Positions 1-9,001 of a DNA stretch of 64,000 nt are shown here, piece by piece. The notes under the pieces are model-generated. The model was not told the origin of the DNA, made no database searches, and saw only the letters and a list, made by a program, of their open reading frames with translations. The translations under genes and the position numbers were made by a program. Position 1 is the first letter of the stretch. Every line of letters starts with the position of its first letter. Source of the DNA: a virus. Where the stretch lies: positions 2,338-66,337 of IMG/VR virus record IMGVR_UViG_3300031111_000012; one strand, 5' to 3'.

Positions 1-911
1 TTTGGCAGGATAGATAAGTCATCGAGAATGTCCTGCTGCTGAGCAATATAACCTTCGTCAACAACAATACGGACAGCCTCAAAACTTTTAGATAAATTCA
101 GAAGCAGCAACACTTGTGCCTCAGACACTGAAACCGTGGATAAACCCACGGACCTACAACCTAAATGCCTTCCGTAGAAGTCCAACTTAAGTACATCGAT
201 AGGCCCCTCTACAACAAACAGGACCTTACCACCAGCTTGCGCTAGGTTTAAATTGAAAAGCGTATGCTTACTATGGATATACGCTTCATTCTTATTAACT
301 TCCTTGTACCTAAGACCTGAGCTTTTATACAACGACCTACCACTAAAGGTTACCAGCTCGTGATCGAGGTTGTAGTAGGGAAGGATCAGTCTTCTTTTAA
401 ACTTACCTAGCATTGCATACCTAAGTTTATAGGTACGAATGACGGAATCCACATCTTGTGGTTCAAACCCTCGGGATACCAGGTAATCTTTAAACTTCGT
501 TTCGGCAGTGTACTTACCATTGAATTCCCGGACACCTTTAGCAAAACCGAAGTTATTCTCGGGAACCTCGGAACGCTGCTCCTTATTTTTGAAATAGGAG
601 CCCTCTGCTAATAGATGAAGTAAATCCTCATCAATGTCCCCACCTTCCTTACCAACTATCCTTAGGGCTTCTTCGTGGGAGCAATGGATAAGCGCTTTTA
701 TTAACCTTACGGGACTTTTGCCCCTATGATTTTTATCCCGCCAACAGGCCCACATTGACGACTGAGGCTCGATGCCCATATGGTGGGAAGGATCATTGGG
801 TCCACAAAACGGACACTTTATATTTACGTTTCCTCTAGCAACATTAGGACCTGAGTCCACGTATTCGATATTATGCTTATCCAAAAATGAAATAATGTCA
901 AACTTAGCCAT
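1..911 (-). CDS. DNA primase (zinc-finger N-terminus, DnaG-like); runs off the left end of the window
   Basis: ORF absent from the supplied track, read manually from ATG at 911: MAKFDIISFLDKHNIEYVDSGPNVARGNVNIKCPFCGPNDPSHHMGIEPQSSMWACWRD. CPFC...H...C zinc ribbon, a later VVEGPID TOPRIM-like motif, and it follows two helicases. Confidence 0.85.
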   Translation of the reverse strand, partial: MAKFDIISFLDKHNIEYVDSGPNVARGNVNIKCPFCGPNDPSHHMGIEPQSSMWACWRDKNHRGKSPVRLIKALIHCSHEEALRIVGKEGGDIDEDLLHLLAEGSYFKNKEQRSEVPENNFGFAKGVREFNGKYTAETKFKDYLVSRGFEPQDVDSVIRTYKLRYAMLGKFKRRLILPYYNLDHELVTFSGRSLYKSSGLRYKEVNKNEAYIHSKHTLFNLNLAQAGGKVLFVVEGPIDVLKLDFYGRHLGCRSVGLSTVSVSEAQVLLLLNLSKSFEAVRIVVDEGYIAQQQDILDDLSILP

Positions 912-912
912 T

Positions 913-2529
913 TTACCCAACCAAAAGAGGTACTCGAGTATTGAGAGTTTCAGTGCCCGTTATAATTGAGCTAAACAGATCCTCGCCCTCTTTGAGGTAG
1001 TCGAGGATCTTTATCTCAACACTGTTGCCCGTAACAAAATCTACAATGAAAACCCTATCCGCCTTTTGCCCTGGGCGCTGTACCCTCTTAACACACTGCT
1101 TTCTATAGATTGGGGATACCGGGCTTTCATAAAAACCTAGGTACTTAGCCATCTGGAAGTTACCACCAACCCCCGCGGACTTCCAATGGGAAAGCAGGAC
1201 ACGTATTTTGGGGTCCTTCTTAAACTTGCGCACTGCCTCGATCTTTTGAGACTTACCTCCCTTCTTATCTACAACGCTGAAAGTTATTTTTTCTTTGGTA
1301 AGCCGCTCGCGCAGCATGTTGCGGGATTCGTCAAGCTCAAAAAATACCAGCATCTTTTCATCTTCTGGTAGCTCGTGAAGGAATTCAACCAGAGCATCTA
1401 ACTTAGGTACGCTAGAAAACCTTATGGCAGACCTACCTGTAGGCGTCTTAGCGTAAAGAAACCCGGAGCATACCTGGCGCAGCTTGATAAAGCTTGCCTC
1501 TACCTCAGTATCCTCTAGGGACTTACCTCGTGCAATCTCCTGTAGAGTTTTATTTGCAGGTTTGTAGTAGCTATACGCTTCCTTAGTGAAAGGCACCACG
1601 ATGCGCTTTTCTACTATTGGCGGTAGGTCTGAACACTCCCAATCCTCGTATCTGAGGCTACGGTTGCCCAAAATCCTGAATAGGTCATCCTCCATCCGCC
1701 GATCAAACTTATAATCGTTCCACCCACCCCACGCTACTTTCTTATTGAAAAACACATTCCGAAACATGGAGTAAGAACCCAAGGTATCCCCATGGTCAAC
1801 GAAGTGGAACTGGGACCATAGATCAGCAGGGTTCCTACCAAATGGGGTACCCGTACCGCCGTACCTTACTTTTATCTTGGAGGATAGCGCCATGCATGAC
1901 TGGTAATGAAGGCTTTCCCAATTCCTAATCTCGTGGGTTTCATCAGCAAGTAAACAATCAACGTACTGCAACATGGTACCTGCAAGCTTCGACGATACCT
2001 GCATCCTGTTTTTCTGTGACTTGTGATCGGTTACGAGATTGCAGAGCATGTGCATAAGGCCCGGATAGGTAACACCAACGATGCACTGCTCCGGGGAACT
2101 ATCAAGCAGATCCCACTTCTGCTCAGTTGAACCCACAAGAGGAATAAAGGGATAATGGCTATGAACCCTTGCATCATCTTCCCAACCTTCTAGGTTTATA
2201 TCACTAGGTACTATGGCTAGGGCTCTTCGGGAACAATCCTCAGTAACAAGGTTGAAGTGATACCAATCAAGATAGATTTTGGTTTTACCGGTACCCATAT
2301 CGAGGGACATAAAAAAGTTGCCCTCGAGGGCGCCAGCCACAAAAGTAGCTAGTTGGTGCAACCAGGGTTTTGTTTTCCAGTCAATAGCTTCTTTGCCAAA
2401 ACCTTGATCTGTAATCACGTCCCTAAGCGTGCGCATAAGCGCGGGCCTACGCCACGTCTTGAGGGTGCGCCAATCCTTAAGCTCCCTTTCATCCAAGTAA
2501 TAACGAATACCAGCGGCAGAGACTCCCAT
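913..2529 (-). CDS. SNF2/SF2-family helicase
   Basis: DMGTGKT Walker A, ADETH (DExH), GTGTP motif III, C-terminal SAGVGGNFQ and RVQRPGQ motifs. Confidence 0.9.
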   Translation of the reverse strand: MGVSAAGIRYYLDERELKDWRTLKTWRRPALMRTLRDVITDQGFGKEAIDWKTKPWLHQLATFVAGALEGNFFMSLDMGTGKTKIYLDWYHFNLVTEDCSRRALAIVPSDINLEGWEDDARVHSHYPFIPLVGSTEQKWDLLDSSPEQCIVGVTYPGLMHMLCNLVTDHKSQKNRMQVSSKLAGTMLQYVDCLLADETHEIRNWESLHYQSCMALSSKIKVRYGGTGTPFGRNPADLWSQFHFVDHGDTLGSYSMFRNVFFNKKVAWGGWNDYKFDRRMEDDLFRILGNRSLRYEDWECSDLPPIVEKRIVVPFTKEAYSYYKPANKTLQEIARGKSLEDTEVEASFIKLRQVCSGFLYAKTPTGRSAIRFSSVPKLDALVEFLHELPEDEKMLVFFELDESRNMLRERLTKEKITFSVVDKKGGKSQKIEAVRKFKKDPKIRVLLSHWKSAGVGGNFQMAKYLGFYESPVSPIYRKQCVKRVQRPGQKADRVFIVDFVTGNSVEIKILDYLKEGEDLFSSIITGTETLNTRVPLLVG

Positions 2530-3941
2530 TAGCTGCCCTCCGAGGATTCAGTGCTATCCCCTAGGGCTGCCCAGTACTTAGAGGTCATCAAGCGGGAGCC
2601 CACACAAAACTGACCCATCTGATAGGCCTGGCTGATCATAAGCGTATTACCTACTTCATCGTTACGGTGCTTAGCGATGAATAACCTAGCGATGCCCATC
2701 CTACGCTCCGCAGCTGTTTGGTTATAACTGAGGATCATGTCCGAGGTCGCTGCTTTCGAGTAATCCTCCCCCAGGTGCTGCAACGTGATTACTTTGGCTA
2801 CCTCCCCTGATCTGTTTGACTGAGATGCGGTAACCATTGAGGTGTCCCGCTCTACACCCAGCCCCCGTAGGTCCTTGTATATCTGACCTATATCCGTACG
2901 CAGCCTAGAGGAGTCCACCTTCATGAGATCCGCATAGTCTACCAAAATTATGTCGGGAACGAAGCCCTCGGAGCGCTCGAGGCGATCGATGTAGGCATGC
3001 AGCCCTGATATGGTTAACTGACCTGTAGGAAACTGCTTAATAACAAGCTGGAACCTACCATGGATGCTATTTACTTTTTCTGCAAGTAACTTATTGATCC
3101 CTGGGTCCGCCAATGAAGGGCGCACTAAGTCCACTTCACCGAAGCCTGCAAAGGCCCCGTCAAGCTCCTCAAGCAGCGTATACCTAACATCTGGGTCACG
3201 CTTGGCAATTGAAAAAAGCGCTTGGGTATATCGTTGGGCACAACGTTGCTCCGACATCTCAAGCGTTACATGCAAAACTCGCTTGCGATTAAGTAATGCG
3301 TACTTGCCGATATGAATAAGTGCCCAAGACTTGCCGCGGTTAGGTGGTGCTAGGATCGTTAGCAACTCCTTCCTAACTGGCCCGAACTCTATCTTCTTGA
3401 GGTAGTCAATACCCATAGGAATAACATCTATAGGTTTGGTAGTTGCTGTTACGAACTGCCCTGGATTTCTATGCAGCATCAAACCAGGGGTAAACGCTGC
3501 GAGGTCCTTTGTTCTAAGGACCTCCGTTAATGCATTCTCCGCCTCATCCGCAGCACCTTCCTGCAGGTCCCTTGCTGCATCAGTAATGGCCCGCTTTAAC
3601 CTCTGCTCCCTTACAAAGCCACGAAGCCTTGAGAGCACGAACTCAATGTTTATCGTGTCCCTGAGGAAGTACAGGTTGTCAATTACCTGCCCGTAGAGTT
3701 CCGACTTCTTCTCATCCCTACCCTCTAGCACATCCGCAAAGAGATCAGGCAAGTGCTCCTTGGGAGTCTCCCGGTATTGGTCGTAGTAGCTGATGCACTT
3801 GTCCGCAACTTCCCTATAGATTTCGGAACTGAAAAGATCCGCATCTACTGACTCAACGATTATTGAGGCAGCGCTGTCGTGGAATGCCAAGCACGCAAGT
3901 AGGTTTTCCTGGTGCGCGCTTGAAAGCCTATCGTTTTTCAT
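2529..3941 (-). CDS. Replicative DnaB-like helicase
   Basis: APPNRGKS Walker A, VTLEMS, LVDYADLM, TASQSNR motifs; stop overlaps next start. Confidence 0.9.
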   Translation of the reverse strand: MKNDRLSSAHQENLLACLAFHDSAASIIVESVDADLFSSEIYREVADKCISYYDQYRETPKEHLPDLFADVLEGRDEKKSELYGQVIDNLYFLRDTINIEFVLSRLRGFVREQRLKRAITDAARDLQEGAADEAENALTEVLRTKDLAAFTPGLMLHRNPGQFVTATTKPIDVIPMGIDYLKKIEFGPVRKELLTILAPPNRGKSWALIHIGKYALLNRKRVLHVTLEMSEQRCAQRYTQALFSIAKRDPDVRYTLLEELDGAFAGFGEVDLVRPSLADPGINKLLAEKVNSIHGRFQLVIKQFPTGQLTISGLHAYIDRLERSEGFVPDIILVDYADLMKVDSSRLRTDIGQIYKDLRGLGVERDTSMVTASQSNRSGEVAKVITLQHLGEDYSKAATSDMILSYNQTAAERRMGIARLFIAKHRNDEVGNTLMISQAYQMGQFCVGSRLMTSKYWAALGDSTESSEGS

Positions 3942-3945
3942 ACTG

Positions 3946-4833
3946 TCAGTGACTCCGCATGATACCTATTGCAGCCTCAAGCATTGGGTTAAGCTCGATG
4001 CCAAACTTATTTAGAAATACGCCTACCTTTCTAGTTAATACGCCGCGCTTAGGCAGCTCAGGTATCCTTAACTTATCGGTACCAGCTATGAAGTGCACAG
4101 GGGGTGGGAGTGCAGCTAAGGGCAGGTTGAATTCAACCAGGTCCCAGTTATCAAGTATCTTCTGTCCGCGCTTTGACTTGAGGCATGCAGCGGTATCAGT
4201 TATGTACTGAATTGCAGTCTTCTCCCCTACCCCATCGATACCCTTTAACCCGTTGTGCCCTCCTGTTATTGCTTGAACAAGAGGCCATTGACTTGGGTCA
4301 AGGTCCTGGTAATCTCTTTTGAAGGTGGCAATGGTATAGGGCTTTCTCGTACCCCTGGGACCTCCTCCTTTCATCATGTACACCTTGTCGTTAAGCAGAG
4401 AGTACAAGTCAGAATCGTTAGCTCCTATTGCAACCTCCTCAAACTCGTGCTGGTGATTGAGCGCTAGTAGTGCCGCAATGTCGTCAGCCTCAAGTCCCGG
4501 GATGCCAAGGTAGCGAATACCTGCAATATCCATAAACTCAGCGCCGGCCTTTTTACCGATGGCGATTGAGGCCCCCAACCACTCATCCATAGGCTCCTTT
4601 GATCGTGATTCCTTGTACTGTGGATATACCAAGGACCGTGCATAGGGTTTGGTATCCAAGCAGACAACAGTGACTCGCGGCTTAACTTGCACCACGAGGT
4701 TTGCAAGCTGCATAAGGAACCCGTACAGGGCTCCCGTGGGTTTGTTGTTATGAGATAGCAGCTTGTTAACGTGGGCAGCTTTGTGCAGTAAGCTGCTGAA
4801 GTCAACCAGCAATAGGGTCCTGTTGGTAATCAT
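3946..4833 (-). CDS. 5'-3' exonuclease / flap endonuclease (PolI 5' nuclease, T5 D15-like)
   Basis: LLLVD, YPQYKESR, GLEADD, NDSDL and H3TH GIDGVGEKTA motifs. Confidence 0.9.
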   Translation of the reverse strand: MITNRTLLLVDFSSLLHKAAHVNKLLSHNNKPTGALYGFLMQLANLVVQVKPRVTVVCLDTKPYARSLVYPQYKESRSKEPMDEWLGASIAIGKKAGAEFMDIAGIRYLGIPGLEADDIAALLALNHQHEFEEVAIGANDSDLYSLLNDKVYMMKGGGPRGTRKPYTIATFKRDYQDLDPSQWPLVQAITGGHNGLKGIDGVGEKTAIQYITDTAACLKSKRGQKILDNWDLVEFNLPLAALPPPVHFIAGTDKLRIPELPKRGVLTRKVGVFLNKFGIELNPMLEAAIGIMRSH

Positions 4834-5696
4834 TGCGGACCCTCGTTGTAGGGAACCTCCTTGGTAAAGTCAAAGCCCCTGTCCTCTTCATCACGGAACC
4901 TTACTGAGGGCGCCTTCTCTGAGGATTCCTCAAAGATATACTTATGCGCCTGAATGTTTACCCCGATTCCGAGCGAGGTAAGTCCCCATCCTCCCCTGCA
5001 GGACTTCAAGTAGTGAAAAATGGCAGCAGGAGTAAGCTCTCCCCCATGCACCGGGGAAACAAAGCAACGCACCCCAGGGTTGTGGTACACGTTACGAATA
5101 ACGTTAACAACGGAGATCGCATCCTCAAGCTCCTCTTGTGAGGCTACTACAAACTTGATTGCATCCCGATCGTCGGTATCTACGAGTATGCTTTTACTTA
5201 CCTGGCCCTGCAGCACCCCGGAAGAGGGCATCTTGTAATCAGCAATGATCGACAACGGGAACCGCATTGAGTTGCGGTAAGCGATCAAAGGACCCACGTC
5301 ATGGGTACCAGAGGTCTCAATGCTTACAGGAGCCTCAAGGTAGTTCCACAGTGAATTAACCAAGCGGTTAAACACAAGGCCACTTTGGTGCAGCGGCTCC
5401 CCTCCAGTTACAGTGGCCTTCACATTACCCCTAACCGCATGCGGAGGTACGAGCTGGTGTACCATCCCCATTATCTGCTCAACTGTGAGGTCCCGACCGC
5501 GGTTAAAGGACCAGCTGTATCCGGTATCGCACCAGGGGCAATGAACCCCGCACCCACCCAAGCGGATAAATACAGAAGGCTGCCCTTGACAAAAAGGCGG
5601 AGCTGTAACTTCCCCATCAATCGTGAGGAAGATAGAAAGTACCCGCAATTTATTTTCGGAGAGGCCCGGAAATTTAGTTCTGTCTATATCGTGCAT
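4830..5696 (-). CDS. queE: 7-carboxy-7-deazaguanine synthase (radical SAM)
   Basis: IFLTIDGE, FIRLGGCGVHCPWCDT (CxxxCxxC), VTGGEPL, IETSGT, DYKMPSS, IQAHKYI; queC and queD are in the same window. Confidence 0.9.
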   Translation of the reverse strand: MHDIDRTKFPGLSENKLRVLSIFLTIDGEVTAPPFCQGQPSVFIRLGGCGVHCPWCDTGYSWSFNRGRDLTVEQIMGMVHQLVPPHAVRGNVKATVTGGEPLHQSGLVFNRLVNSLWNYLEAPVSIETSGTHDVGPLIAYRNSMRFPLSIIADYKMPSSGVLQGQVSKSILVDTDDRDAIKFVVASQEELEDAISVVNVIRNVYHNPGVRCFVSPVHGGELTPAAIFHYLKSCRGGWGLTSLGIGVNIQAHKYIFEESSEKAPSVRFRDEEDRGFDFTKEVPYNEGPQ

Positions 5697-6014
5697 TTTA
5701 CATTTCCTCTAGGTTGATCAATTTACATTCCGACGTGTTTGGGATAATGATAAGCATTCTCCTTCCTAAAGCTGCCCTGGGAAGCCCTGAGCGGTCCCAG
5801 GAGCCCTTAGGAAGAAGGTTGTTGCTAGCGTATTTCCTTCCTGGAAACTGCTGCCAGGAGCGCGAGGAGAAAGCCCTATGCACAATCCCAGCTTAAAGCC
5901 CTGCCCAGCTAGCGCCTGAGCCCGCAGGAGCCCGAATCTGGCTAGTGCTGTGCGCTGGCAGCTTGAGCGCCTAACAGCAGCGGAGGAAGCAGGGGAATAA
6001 TAACTTGGGAACGC

Positions 6015-6064
6015 AAAAAGAGGCCCCCTACCCGAACCTGTAAATAGGTAGGTAGGGGGCCTCT
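6015..6064 (-). terminator. Rho-independent terminator with a large loop
   Basis: Stem agaggccccctacc/ggtagggggcctct followed by a T-run on the minus strand, just downstream of the 6102 gene. Confidence 0.7.
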
Positions 6065-6101
6065 AGGTTTCTCACATCAAACCCTTACGGGTTATCAATG
6101 A

Positions 6102-7328
6102 TTACTTGCGGCTCCGAGTGGAGCGACCGCGGCCACGGCTGGCCGGCTTGGCGGCTGCCTTCTTGGCAACCTTCTTGCGGGTGCTGGCACCGCGGGCCGA
6201 GCGCCCACGGCTGGCCGGCTTGGCTTCGGACTTCTTGGCCTTCTCGGCAACGGCTTCGGCAACGGCGTCGGCGAAGTTCTTCAACGTGTCGAACAGTTCC
6301 TTGCCCAGGTCGGCGTCGTCGATCTCCTTGGCCGCCTTGGCCTTGGTGGCACCGTCGAGGATTGCAGCGGAAACCAGCTCAACATCACCAATGGACAGGC
6401 CGGGGGCTTCCGGCTCCTCGCCTTCTTCTTCGCCCTCGCCTTCTTCCTCGCCTTCTTCGGCCGGCAGCAGGAAGCATTCATCGATGTCCTTGTGGGAAAG
6501 CTTCACTTCTTCCTCGCTTTCCGGCAGGAACAGGACAACAGCACGGGAGGTGCAGTCGACGACCTCACCCTCGTACTCGTCCTCACCGACCACGATCAGG
6601 GCGCCGTCGCCCTCTTGCAGTTCCTTGGATTCGACCGGCTCCAGGTCGTCCTCGCCTTCTTCCTCGGAGCCACCGTCACCGGCGACCAGGGTAACCGCCT
6701 TGATACGGGTGAACTTCATGCTGACGCGCTTGCCGGAATTGTCATCGCGAACCGAAAAGCCATCATCACGCACGTCCTCGACTTCGCCTTCGACCGGCTC
6801 ACCGCGCATACGTTCGACCACCACGCGGTCACCCTTCTGGACTTCTTCCGGATCGACTTCGGAGCCGTCCTCGCCTTCGCCCTCGCCTTCTTCTTCACCC
6901 TCGTCGCCCTCGCCTTCTTCTTCGCCCTCGCCTTCTTCCTCGCCTTCTTCGGGCGCGGCACCGGTGACCAGCTCATCGATGGAAGGAACATCTTCCAGGG
7001 CCTCGTCGTTGATAGCGTCGGCGGCGCGGTTGTACCAGTCCTGAATTTCCGGGGCCAGCGCTTCCCACTCGTCGTCGGACAGGCCGGCAACCGACTTGCA
7101 CAAGCGGCGGATGAACTTCATCTCATCCTCGCGAGCGCTCTGCGGCTTCTGGCCGGTGACCTCCAGGAGCATGTCCAGGTTGGTGTCTTCCTTCTTGGCT
7201 TCCGGCTTGCTGCGGCCGCCGCGACGACCACCACGGGCCTGCGTAGCTTTGGCGGCTGCCTTCTTGCGGGTACTTGCGCCGCGGGTCGAACGAGTAGTGG
7301 TATTGGTTTTTGCAGTACGTCGTGCCAT
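6102..7328 (-). CDS. Charge-patterned protein: basic histone-H1-like termini, Glu/Gly linkers, two SH3/KOW-like repeats
   Basis: Start at MARRTAK with RBS AAAAGGAG; EEGEGE repeats; repeats EVQKGDRVVV..VEGEVEDV and ELQEGDGALI..YEGEVVDC; strongly C/G-ending codons. Confidence 0.8.
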   Translation of the reverse strand: MARRTAKTNTTTRSTRGASTRKKAAAKATQARGGRRGGRSKPEAKKEDTNLDMLLEVTGQKPQSAREDEMKFIRRLCKSVAGLSDDEWEALAPEIQDWYNRAADAINDEALEDVPSIDELVTGAAPEEGEEEGEGEEEGEGDEGEEEGEGEGEDGSEVDPEEVQKGDRVVVERMRGEPVEGEVEDVRDDGFSVRDDNSGKRVSMKFTRIKAVTLVAGDGGSEEEGEDDLEPVESKELQEGDGALIVVGEDEYEGEVVDCTSRAVVLFLPESEEEVKLSHKDIDECFLLPAEEGEEEGEGEEEGEEPEAPGLSIGDVELVSAAILDGATKAKAAKEIDDADLGKELFDTLKNFADAVAEAVAEKAKKSEAKPASRGRSARGASTRKKVAKKAAAKPASRGRGRSTRSRK

Positions 7329-7459
7329 GATTGCACTCCTTTTTGATTGAATAAATAACACGTGTTATCCGAAGTTAGGATTTCCTTCCTTCAGAGAATA
7401 GATACGCCTACCTTGGCAAAAAGATCCTTCCTACAGGACCCTTCAACAATCCTCCTTGA

Positions 7460-7987
7460 TTATCGTTGCACTTCCGCATAGGAGTTTGAGGTCTCCCAAA
7501 CTCGAACACGCGTGACTCTGATTGGTGAATATTCCTCCTCGCCTGCGGCTCTGTCCAAAAGCATCTGCACAGCCTTAAGGGCATATCGTGCATAGTTTTC
7601 CGCGGTGGTATTCCACGGGGTTACCAGGACCCGCTGTTGGTGCAGGGCTGCATTAAGGCTTACCGCAAGGCTTGCGACATGCGGATCCTTGTCCCAAATA
7701 ACCAGGGAGTGATCGAACACATCGAACACCGCTTCCTTGATTGCTGCCTTAAGGTCCCCGAAGTCAACCCCAATCCCTGGCGTGGGGCTTTCATCCGTGG
7801 TGCCATCAATGAACCCCACAGGAGCCTCAACCTCGATCTCCCACCGATAGCTGTGGCCGTGGATGTTGGCGCACTTCCCTTCGTAACAACCAAGTCGGTG
7901 CGCCGTTTCAGTTTCAACAACCTTGCAAACCCGTACGAACGGAGTATCGGCAAGATCGGTCGTTGCTAGCCTAAGCAAGCTATTCAT
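7460..7987 (-). CDS. queD: 6-carboxy-5,6,7,8-tetrahydropterin synthase
   Basis: ETAHRL, CANIHGHSY, VDFGDLK, FDHS, TTAEN, VWET motifs. Confidence 0.92.
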   Translation of the reverse strand: MNSLLRLATTDLADTPFVRVCKVVETETAHRLGCYEGKCANIHGHSYRWEIEVEAPVGFIDGTTDESPTPGIGVDFGDLKAAIKEAVFDVFDHSLVIWDKDPHVASLAVSLNAALHQQRVLVTPWNTTAENYARYALKAVQMLLDRAAGEEEYSPIRVTRVRVWETSNSYAEVQR

Positions 7988-8555
7988 CTTTAAGTCCTCT
8001 TAAGTAATCCCTGGTACGCTCCGCAACCCCCTCAGTAACATCGAGGGCCTCCATAAGGAACCCGTCACCATGGAGTTTCATCTTACCGCGTTCCTCCCAA
8101 GCAGTTCCTATTTGCCGGAGGACTTCAGGCTTTGTATGAATGAAAAAGGAAAGCACTGACCTAACTTGGTCATCAGGAGCCTCGTCCACAATATCCGATA
8201 AACTTTGGGAGTCCGTAACGACCACTTCAGGTACAGATACAGCGGTGTCTTCATCTGAGGCTAAGCTACTTTCGTAAACCAAGGATCGGCGGTGCTTATG
8301 CTTCCTAGCCAGGTTAGTAATGTGATTCTGCAATGCGGACTTGAAAAGCCCCATGAAGTGCTTTTGAGATGTGACGGTAGCCCGATAGGTATTCCGAACC
8401 CTCGCAAACACCAAGTAGGCCTCCTGCAATGCTTCCTCTAGGTCCTGGTACTCGTGCTTGATCCTCCAAAATTGGGAGCTAAGCAAATTTACTGCATAAC
8501 CCTTGATCGGACCTTCCCAAAGTATCAGAACAACTCGCTTCTTCTTACTACCCAT
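7980..8555 (-). CDS. Sigma-factor-like protein (sigma70 region 2-like)
   Basis: DLEEALQEAYLVF...FMGLFKSALQNHITNLARKH resembles ECF sigma region 2; region 4 not evident. Confidence 0.55.
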   Translation of the reverse strand: MGSKKKRVVLILWEGPIKGYAVNLLSSQFWRIKHEYQDLEEALQEAYLVFARVRNTYRATVTSQKHFMGLFKSALQNHITNLARKHKHRRSLVYESSLASDEDTAVSVPEVVVTDSQSLSDIVDEAPDDQVRSVLSFFIHTKPEVLRQIGTAWEERGKMKLHGDGFLMEALDVTEGVAERTRDYLRGLKDE

Positions 8556-8566
8556 AACAGCCTCCT

Positions 8567-8971
8567 TTACTGCCTACGTTTCCGTATCGGTAGCTTGGAC
8601 CCTTTGAGCTTTACCCTCTTAGGTTTCGACCCTGAGGAAGCATCCCCTGCTTTAAGCTGTACCCGCTTCCTCCCAGTGGAGTCCTTGAGAGGTACCCGCT
8701 TCTTACTGTTACCAAAAGGAACCCTACGAACCTTTCCCAATGCGCGATCGGAAAAGGTGCGGCCAGACACGCGACTGATCCGCTTTCCTTGCACCCACGA
8801 ATAAGGCCAAAGTTGTTTAGACCCATCCGCTGACCAGGCCCCTACAACGTTTTTTGAGCCTACGTCATATAGCTGTACGGAACCATAGGGACCCGCCTCA
8901 ATCACTCCGAGGCATTTGCAACCCCCGAAGTGACCTTTCATTTTGTCAACTGCAAACTGTTCAGTTGCCAT
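8567..8971 (-). CDS. Hypothetical protein with basic C-terminal tail carrying four RVxL/F motifs
   Basis: RBS GAGGAGG; tail RRVPF..KRVPLK..KRVQLK..KRVKLK. Confidence 0.75.
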   Translation of the reverse strand: MATEQFAVDKMKGHFGGCKCLGVIEAGPYGSVQLYDVGSKNVVGAWSADGSKQLWPYSWVQGKRISRVSGRTFSDRALGKVRRVPFGNSKKRVPLKDSTGRKRVQLKAGDASSGSKPKRVKLKGSKLPIRKRRQ

Positions 8972-9001
8972 TGAAGCCTCCTCTCTAGCAATAAGTGTTG
9001 G

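Noticed and set aside
5711-5725. GTTGATCAATT shared upstream of queE and near queC (about 63971)
   Set aside because: The TTGATCAA core also occurs inside coding regions (about 13581, 27039, 33910), so chance cannot be excluded.
8567-8971. KRVKL resembles a eukaryotic NLS and the PP1-binding RVxF motif
   Set aside because: SD sequences, sigma70 promoter, holins and lipobox show a bacterial host; the resemblance is treated as convergent.
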